Assembly: GCA_036172245.1 (NCBI GenBank)
Contig: JAYWIR010000017.1
Coordinates: forward strand, 1,798,001-1,862,000
From: Raillietiella orientalis
Taxonomy: Eukaryota
DNA length: 64,000 bases
Direction: 5' to 3'
The position numbers were made by a program, and so were the translations under genes. The notes under the pieces are model-generated. The model ran no database searches and was not told the origin of the DNA. It saw only the letters and a list, made by a program, of their open reading frames with translations. How positions within the stretch are numbered: position 1 is the first letter of the stretch; every line of letters begins with the position of its first letter. Below, in pieces: positions 56,201 to 64,000 of the stretch.

Positions 56201-56500
56201 GGGCACATCGGCAGCCAGCGAGGCCAACCCCCAAGCCAAATTAACGATCACGAAATTTCTGGAAGTGGGGCTGTAAGCCGAAATCTTCCCTTCGGAGGGG
56301 GAGGGAGCGAAGAGAGAAAAAAAAAAAAGAAGATGAAAATTCCGAAAATTCACTCTGCCTGACTGGCGCGCAACACGTTTTGAGTGCTTGCCACATGAAT
56401 TTTCTGGGCACTCCCCCCTTTTAGGCGGGATTCCTTTCCTCCCGTGCACTGGCGGGGATTAGGTACAGTCGCGGGCCGAAGGGGCGCATATGCACGGCAG
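50300..56500. promoter_or_regulatory. GC/CpG-rich island spanning the presumptive unc-5 promoter, 5' UTR and start of the first coding intron
   Basis: Sharp rise in GC with dense CG, CGCG and GCGCGC relative to the AT-richer flanks. Contains (GCA)n at about 50385, (GCG)n at about 51700, (GAG)n at about 55110, GA/CT tracts and C-runs. It is centred on the unc-5 start codon. Boundaries estimated by eye. Confidence 0.7.
53398..53491 (+). CDS. unc-5: unc-5 netrin receptor, first coding exon (signal peptide) MTLREAFCVWLAVVAAATAAVAASTGKGVSP-G
   Basis: ATG at 53398 is followed by a hydrophobic Ala/Val-rich stretch and ends at a consensus donor CAG|GTAAGT (intron starts 53492). The donor is phase 1, matching the phase-1 acceptor at 58266 (G|GA = Gly). 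An upstream acceptor tgtcccttgcag ends at 53378. Confidence 0.8.
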
Positions 56501-58265
56501 TGCTCCCGTGTTCCTAGCATTTTTGCTCTGCAGTTCTCAACGTGTTGCTCTGGAACCAAAAAAGCCCTGCAAACACGCCACTTCCCAGATATTTGTCGAT
56601 GATTTATGCGTCTTTCAGGTGCTTGGGCGCAGCTGAAGGTTTTCTGAATCTGGAAACGGCAACGAGCAATGCAGCGGCTCGTCGACGTCCACTTAACACA
56701 TGCTGTTAAGAAGTGTCCTTTCGGCCCTGTTTGCTATCCCTGTGATTCCGAAGATCATAAACTGAACATGACCAAGCAATAATAAGGATTTTCTTTCTTC
56801 CTTTTTCTTTCAAGACAGGTATCGAGTGGAGTCGGGCGCTGAAGGTATCTCAGTAAACATGGAGATGCATCAAGGTGAAAGCTCTTAAATTTCAAGCAGC
56901 TTCCAAACCCGGTGCGGAACTCAACATGGACTCGAATTTTTCCGCGTTCGAAACAGTCAGCTGCTAATTAAAAGTAGATGCTATCTCCGTGTGCTGCAAG
57001 ACAGGAAGCACACGCGCATCCCGGAAATTTTCTTTCAGAGGAAGAACGCTGAGGGGATGGGTTGGGGGAGGTTTACTGCCCAAGATGCAGGATTGTTGAA
57101 AATCTATTGGAAGAGTCGTGTGGCCACTGATAATCCGAATCCTCAATGAGTGTAAATCTTGACTTGTGAGCAGCAGCACCTCAAATGACGAAACCATGTC
57201 GAGGAAAAGGACCATTCATTCGCTGACGGGCCGCGAGCCATTTTTCCGAATCTTCAACACTTCCAAAAAACACATACAGCTCTGAGCATGATGGAGAGCA
57301 GATTGCAGTGGCAAACTGTATGACGACGACTGACTGACAGGAGAAACCCTTTAGTTGGGAGCGCTCTGTGGACGGCTAGCGAAGCAGCCAGCAGCACCGA
57401 AAGTCAAATCCCAAGAGAACTTACCGAAATTTCAGTTAATAAACAAAAAGTCTTCCTTTTCCTTCAAACGCAGCCTGCTCGAGAAACCGATGTGTTCGAA
57501 TTATTATCTCGTTTCCTGGATGTCATTCTGGTACCTCCACACGTAGCTGCATTCAGCTTCCATGGATTTTTTCGATTTGAGTTCTCAGCATCCCGCACAT
57601 CGCGGGAGTTTTTTTTTTTTTTTTTCGAAAATGCAGTCGATCCCTCTTCGAATATCTTCCTGCGAGTTGTCATCCAGGCACAAAGAAAAATTCGTATCGA
57701 AAAGAACGAATGGGAAATTCGTTTCCCCACTTCGTTTCCTCTGTGAAGAAGGTGCTCTTTTCGCTCGCAGTTTTTTTCGAATTTAATGATTAACATTTCA
57801 CAACTGGCGTACTGGACATAACTGCCGCGGAAGTGATAATTTTCGGGAGAATGGGGCGTTCCTTTTGATCGCTTCAGCGTGGTGTTCTGCCGTGTTGCGA
57901 GCGCATGATAGTTGACAAACTAAGCACGCGGCGTGAAAAGGAAGAGTCTCATCTTTTTCAACTGCAAACAGTTCGAGTGGCATTGTGCTGATGCACTGAG
58001 ATCGTGTTCACGTGCACATACCTTTAGTATACGGTGATAAATAATTTTGATCATTTGCTTGCTTGGCAACTTTCAATTTTTCCCCCCATTGCACAGTGCT
58101 GTGTTCTGCCTTCTAGCACGAAATTGAAATCGGTCGAAAGCTCTAAAAGTGATCTCTCTGCGACTGAAAAAGGAACCCGTATTTCTGTTTTAAGAAGGGG
58201 CATCACTGAGATTTGTTTGATTCATTCGATGCTAGTCCTGATTGCTTCTGTTGCTTTCTTCCCAG

Positions 58266-58637
58266 GACCGTATCCAGACGACGGCTTGCCGGTTTCCTTC
58301 CCAGTGGGGGAAATTGGGATCTCGTTGTTACCGGAATTCGTGCAAGAACCACAGGACGCATACGTGATCAAAAACAAACCAGCTCTTCTCTCGTGTTCCG
58401 CTATCCATGCTGCACAGATGTATTTCAAATGTAATGGAGAGTGGGCAGAAAACAGACAACGAACGGAAAGGAACCTTGAAGATCCAGTGACCAAGATTCG
58501 AGAGATTCAGGTGGTCCTCGAAGTATCGAGGAGCGAAGTCGAGGAGTACTTCGGTAACAACGGATACCGCTGTGAATGCTACGCGTGGTCCAGCTTGGGA
58601 GAGGTGAAGAGCAAGAAAGCCAAAGTGTCCATTGCCT
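58266..58637 (+). CDS. unc-5: unc-5 netrin receptor exon encoding Ig-like domain 1
   Basis: Translates to LPEFVQEPQDAYVIKNKPALLSCSAIHAAQMYFKCNGEW...VSRSEVEEYFGNNGYRCECYAWSSLGEVKSKKAKVSIA, the characteristic UNC5 N-terminal Ig domain. Acceptor ttgctttcttcccag ends at 58265; donor T|GTGAGT starts at 58638; both phase 1. Confidence 0.96.
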
Positions 58638-58749
58638 GTGAGTAATTGGTTTCTCTCATTGCTCTTGTCTGTATCCGTTGTTTATAATAAGAAAAGGACC
58701 GAAACCGAGCGTTCGCCTTTTCCAGCTGATTACGGAATGCATGAAATCA

Positions 58750-59600
58750 AAGACTTTTCACTTGCATCATCACGTGCCTTGAGGCATTGCATGGTTTCGG
58801 TTTGGTGAGCACATGTGGCACACATTTTTCGATTTTCTTACGTTTTGCGGACCAAAAGTGCTTTCTGCATGCATCTGGAAGAGGATAGAAGAACAAAGTC
58901 GAAAAAATATGCGGCATGTCGCCCACACTCATGTTGCCCATAGGTGGTTCATGTTGACACCAGAACTCCTTACTTAACGTTAGCTGTTGGCATCAGAGCC
59001 ATATGGTGACAGTGATCACTTGACAGTAGTAAAGCCATTAAGTTGCGCAATGGTTTTTTGACCATCCACTATACTCTTAGCTCTTCCTGTTAAATTCCTC
59101 AACACTTCGCCTCGAAAGTGCTCAGGTTGTACTGCACCATAACTTCCTTCTCGTATGTGAGTTTCTGAAAGTGATTCTGTTCTCGAGCTGGTCCACTTGC
59201 AAGTTCCCGCTCAGCCCGATGACTTCCTTGAACTTCGTTAAAGCGTGTACGTCAGAAGCGAAGTTGTTTCGTAAAGTCATCTCCTTGATGTCCATGTGTG
59301 CTCTGGCACACGGTTTCTCTCTTTTGTCTTTATATTTAAAATACCTTCCATTACGTGGATGTGCAGTGAAAATCTTTATCTCCCCTATTCCCGTTTCATC
59401 TACCGCAATATTTCACTGGTGGCTCCGTTATCTGATGTCAAGTCAGTTTCCTTACAAGTGCTGCAGAATTATGTTACGAGATCACTTCTTGGTGATTTCC
59501 ATCGACGTTGCGCTGTTTCACAATAATTTCTTTTCCTCGATAGATTCCAAAGTGGTTCCAGACGACCGCTTAATGGGAAGGATCGTCTACTCACAGCAGA
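58750..59600 (-). mobile_element. Decayed hAT transposase with BED zinc finger, in unc-5 intron
   Basis: VVWNHFG (about 59560), then after a frameshift CSTCK...NGATSEILR (59465-59403, BED finger), PCARAH...LTKFKEVI and KPLRNLMALLLS. Confidence 0.55.
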
Positions 59601-61188
59601 TCTGATGAGAAAGGATTTTGTCTTTTTTCGCATCTCGAATTCAGCTCGCCGTCCACATCACATCTGCACATTCATACGTAAACAGACTGCAATTATTTTT
59701 CTCCTCTCAATAAGACCGTGCAGCAAGGAATATGCAAAGGATGAACGTGAAAGCGTTTCCTCTCACACGATTGTTCATCATCCTCATTATGAAAATATTG
59801 TGCGCAGAAAGATGATTTTAGAATGCTTTAGTTCTTTATCTCGAGAAGTCCTGTCAGACTAGGGAATGAGTTTTTTTTTTTTTTTTTTTGCAGTCACACG
59901 TACCCTGGGGGCGACTTGTGTGCACACTTGCAATGAATGAGTATTGGTGCACGTGCGTGCCGGTGGCATTTTAGGTTTCCCTTGAAAATGGAAGGGATTC
60001 TGAATCATTCGCGGGTTTTTCCTTCCCTCCGTTGTTTGTGTTTTCGATCAAAACGCATCCGTTGTCACTAAAAATACATTTCATCTGGCAAGAGTCTTCC
60101 TACCGATTTCGATAACCAGTCGTGCAGAGTGGAATCCTTTCCCGAAACTTTCAGGTATGTTCTGGATGCTTAAGGTCATCCAGAGAGTCGTTTATTTTTG
60201 CTTCTCTCGCGCACACCATTTCCTTTCGCACGTACTCCCTTGATTTTCGTGCCGAAGTGTGTTTTTGGATGTTTTGTTTTTGTTTGTCTTTTTCCTTCCT
60301 TTTTTCCCCATCCACTCGGTGCTGCCACGCTTGTAAACATGGATGAAACGCTGAGACTGTTGCCTTTCATGGAAAGATGAGCACATGGCGATGTTTAAGC
60401 TTACTAGCTGGAAGTGTCACGGTTGCATGATGAAAGGAAAGAAAAAAGCACTGCTTCACTCTTGTCAGTTGTCATGTACATCCCTAAGACCTTTTTCTTC
60501 GTCTTGCAATTGCATTATCTCATCGAGAGCGTTGCGCAAGCACTCCTGCAAATCTCGTGAAAATGCAAGAGTTTTTAAAATTTCGGATTTTTTTTTTTTT
60601 TTTTTGAAAGTGGATTGTCCGGCAAAATTTCAAGTGAATACGTAGGATTCCCCCTTTTTGTGCGTGATTGCAGAATCCTCTGTAGCGAGGAGCAAGCGGT
60701 TGCTTTTCGTGAACGCGTTTTTTTGTTCGCCATCTGAGTGATTCACTCTCAAACGAATCAATCCGTTCATCAAGTTTGCGTTACGATTCCGTTCCGTTCA
60801 TGTTCTACAAAACATTCTAATCATTCGTTTCCCGGGAAACGAGCAAGTGGATTCTGTGGTAGACTGAGCCCTTTCAATCAACTTATCAGGGAAATCTTGA
60901 GTCGTTTGATAGGTAAAACTGCTTTACTGGATAGGTCCTCTCACTCATCTCGTCTCATTTATGATTGATAAATAAGGCGTCTGTGATTGTTTCCCATATA
61001 GTTGGCGTGCAAAAAAAAATTCGCAGGTGGCGTTCAGGCAGGAAAGGCAAATTTCGCGTTGCTCTAGGGAAACTTTCCTTACATCCCTTTGGATGTGCAT
61101 CTTTGCGTAAGGACACCGGCAGTCCCAATTTCAGCAATGCACCTTGACGACCGAAGTGTTCACGTTCCAAGGTGGTGGCGATTCCGAG

Positions 61189-61231
61189 AGTTGAAAGCAG
61201 CAGCATCTCCCAGATGCTGCTACTTTCAACT
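61189..61231. repeat. Near-perfect palindrome: 20-bp arms, 3-nt loop
   Basis: agttgaaagcagcagcatct-ccc-agatgctgctactttcaact; 19 of 20 positions complementary. Confidence 0.9.
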
Positions 61232-62401
61232 GCAGCACACTTTCCCGTTTAAATAGCTTCCCGGACTGATACTAGGAAGGAGACAAAGAAGCGTGAGTGC
61301 TTTGTATATTCGCGGTTGCTCTCACGTGAATCTCCAGGTAGTGATTTCCATTCCTAGATTGCTCTCACTTTGGGTGCTTTGCCGTGAACAAGGAAATCCG
61401 ACTAGTTTCTCTTGTTTACGGGAAAGACCACATCAGAGAGACTTTCAGGCATGACAAAAGGGAACTGCTTCGGTTCGCAACTTCTAGCATTTGCTCCAGC
61501 GCTGTGCCTTTCTTGTAGGACGAAACGCATGCGTGTCCAATGAACATCCCCCATCTTTCGCGAAATGAAGCCAGCTCAGGTTCTTGATGTCGTTAGTGAG
61601 TGGTGCAGCTCCATGCTTTTTTGAGTCAGCTTTCCTATTCAGTCGTGAAGGCACGCACACCGTGGTTTCGCGCGTCGTGAATGTGAAAAGCAGCAGCCCA
61701 TCATTCCGGCAAGAGAACGGTAAATCGGGTTGGTTGATTGGGATTGAGGCTTGTTTACTACGCCTTCGTGTTTTGTTCCCGAAAGCACTTCGAAATTTGT
61801 GAACTTGCCGAACACTCCCGATAAACACCTATTATGAGGCCCATCCAGGCTGGGTACCACCGATTTAGCAGTACGAAAATTGTCCTGTCTAAGGTCTCAA
61901 AAAATACCTCAAATGCGCCTCATCCGTTCTTAGGGTGGAAATGTTTATGTACAATTTAGAGGCTCCCTGTCTGCTTTTTCGTTTTTTTTTTTTTTTTAAA
62001 AAAAAGAAATCTGTATTTTTGTTCGAGGGGTACATTTTCGAGAGTATATCTTCGAGGGGGATTTTTTCTTTTACTCTGTTGAAGACACGATAGGTTAGAG
62101 GCACTAAGGAATTAAAGTGAAGTCTGAACTGAAGTCGTAAAAAAAAAAAAAACAGTTTAGATGGTTCTATTTACAATGGATGTAACGCAGTCTCTTAAAA
62201 CGTTTCCAGAGTTCGCAAGAATCACCTGAAAGTTGTCTTTAACACCAAACTTTCTCAGAATGTATGGGACAGGAGGGATCCATACGCGCTGAAGTATTCG
62301 TGATGAACAAATGTGAATTATTGAAAACGTAATCTGTTTGTGAACTGCAGATGCAAACTGCTGCATGTTCGGTCAGGTCACTTTGTCGTTTCTCTTTCCA
62401 G

Positions 62402-62686
62402 ATCTACGCAAGCATTTTGTGGAGCAGCCGTATTCGCAAAGTGTCTCAGTGGGTAGTCAGCTGGAGTTCAGGTGCACTCCTCCGGAAGGACTGCCAGCAC
62501 CGGAAATTAAATGGCTGAAAAATGGAATTCCCATACATGCTGGCCAGGATTCGAATTACATAATTTCGAATGAAGGAAATCTGCTGATTGTTCAGGCCGG
62601 TCCTTCAGACGTCGGCAACTACTCCTGCGTGGCAGAAAATGTGGTGAACAAAAGAATCAGTGATGTTGCAGTTTTGAGTATCCACA
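62402..62686 (+). CDS. unc-5: unc-5 netrin receptor exon encoding Ig-like domain 2 (I-set); gene continues beyond the window
   Basis: Acceptor tttctctttccag ends at 62401. The junction T|AT restores the UNC5 motif IA-Y-LRKHF. It is followed by CTPPEGLPAPEIKWLKNG...GNLLIVQA...DVGNYSCVAENVVNKRISDVAVLSIH. Donor A|GTTAGT starts at 62687, phase 1. Confidence 0.96.
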
Positions 62687-62939
62687 GTTAGTGTTCTTAG
62701 AACATTTCTTTCTAAATGGATGCGGTTTACATTGATATTTTGGAAAGCAATTCGAATCGGTGTTTGATGTATATTTTGCAAAGAAATGTTGCGGCGTACT
62801 GTAATCGTGTGGTTGGTTGGGTCACAAAAATTATCAAGGCTTACCATGCATGTTATGACCATGCACCATGCATGCATCATTATCGTGCATCTAATACGGA
62901 GGAAGAGAAGTAGCAGCTCCTTGAGCTGGAAGGTTTTCA

Positions 62940-63900
62940 GAGACTCTTCAGTCTGTTCAAAAGTAACGAATGCTCGGACGAGTTGTCTGCATCTTGAATT
63001 TGTTCCGATTGGTGACCTTCCTGCATATAATGAAAATTAACGTCACAAGCATGAAATGCACTTTCAAGGACGTTCACACCAAATCTTTGTTTTGCGCTCA
63101 CACTCGCAAGCACGTACTGCTCATCTAGGACCAAAAGACTGAAACACTCAGGCGTGTAAAAAGATGCTGCACATTCTGCTGGCCAATATTCATACATAGC
63201 CTCGTTGACTGGGGTGAATGTGGGTAAAGCGTTGTGTTTTGTATTTGTGCCCATCAGCTTTTTTGTCTGCATTCATTTCCGATGCTAAAAACGCCGAATT
63301 TTCGAACGATTCCTTCGGCGTATATTGTAATACGTATTGTGATATGGATGTTTTCTAAGGTGTACGATGGAAGAGGCAGCTGAGGTCGTTAAAGTTGATT
63401 AGTATGTCACTGTCAATCCAGCTCGTCTTGGGTAGAAGGCGTGCATGTTTGAATGCTGTACCGAGATGGAGCACATAACTGTAGTGTGAATTGACCGTTC
63501 ACTCAAGCGTATTCTCTGCTCGATATTTTTTAGTCAACCGTAAAATCAGTCATGACTCTCAGGAGAACTAGAAAATTGTCTTAATTGCTTGCAATTCAGT
63601 AAACATAAATCCTCCACCACGTCAGATAAGTTTTCTTTCTAGAAGGTCACTCAAGTTCCACTGCAGCGTATGCTGTGCAAATTGCTGCTCAAATGCTGTT
63701 GCGGCTTGCCTTTGCATTTCTGGTTGAAACCTTACTGAAAAATACGGGATCAAAGATGGCAATCGAAATGTACAGTTGTTTGCGATTACACCGCATTTAA
63801 ACACGAATTTCCGTGCAAATTCTCTAGATGTATAGTGTGCTAAGTTCTTGATTGGATGAATATAGTTCTGTAATGCAGTTGGTGAGGTCAGCTATCATCA
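62940..63900 (-). mobile_element. Decayed hAT transposase in unc-5 intron
   Basis: In order: GVIANN (TDN-like), FAQHTLQWNLSDLL (C.AHTLQL.V.D.L-like), APSRYS (PTRWNS-like, about 63460), YEYW...P..FSLL...YVLASVSA...ESAF (dimerisation-like). Confidence 0.5.
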
Positions 63901-64000
63901 ACTTGGCTAGATGCAGGGTCTTCCAGCCAGCATGCCATGTGGTAATTGCTACGTTTGGTGTGTGTGTGTGTGTTTAAAGTCCACGTTTGAGTGCATTCGA

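Noticed and set aside
50419..56449. Many long overlapping ORFs (up to 308 aa) on both strands
   Set aside because: Low-complexity Arg/Pro/Gly/Ser translations open in several frames at once, as expected from high GC; no domain recognised.
58034..58265. Hydrophobic N-terminal extension of the ORF-track Ig1 ORF as a signal peptide
   Set aside because: It coincides with the polypyrimidine tract and acceptor; the exon at 53398 explains the N-terminus better.
1..64000. CRISPR arrays, tRNA/rRNA genes, operons or prokaryotic defence systems
   Set aside because: No regularly spaced repeats or RNA-gene signatures seen; the DNA is intron-containing eukaryotic sequence and the RTs are non-LTR retrotransposon type.

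Overview
Eukaryotic invertebrate (probably arthropod or other ecdysozoan) genomic DNA; the species cannot be identified from the sequence. The only host gene I can support is the 5' part of an unc-5 netrin-receptor gene on the + strand. It has a signal-peptide exon at 53398-53491 (too short for the ORF track), an Ig1 exon at 58266-58637 and an Ig2 exon at 62402-62686. All three are joined by phase-1 GT-AG introns, and the gene runs off the window. The gene start lies in an approximately 6 kb GC- and CpG-rich island (about 50.3-56.5 kb), whose many long overlapping ORFs are compositional artefacts. The approximately 50 kb upstream and the introns hold decayed transposons: APE-type L1/Tx1-like LINEs, RLE-type (NeSL/R2-group) non-LTR elements and hAT transposase relics. 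The most striking structure is a near-identical 458-bp inverted duplication (34540-34997 and 40964-41421) bracketing about 6 kb, possibly the scar of a recent inversion. I found no convincing evidence of a novel multi-gene system. TE calls come from motifs read by eye across frameshifts, and their boundaries are approximate.
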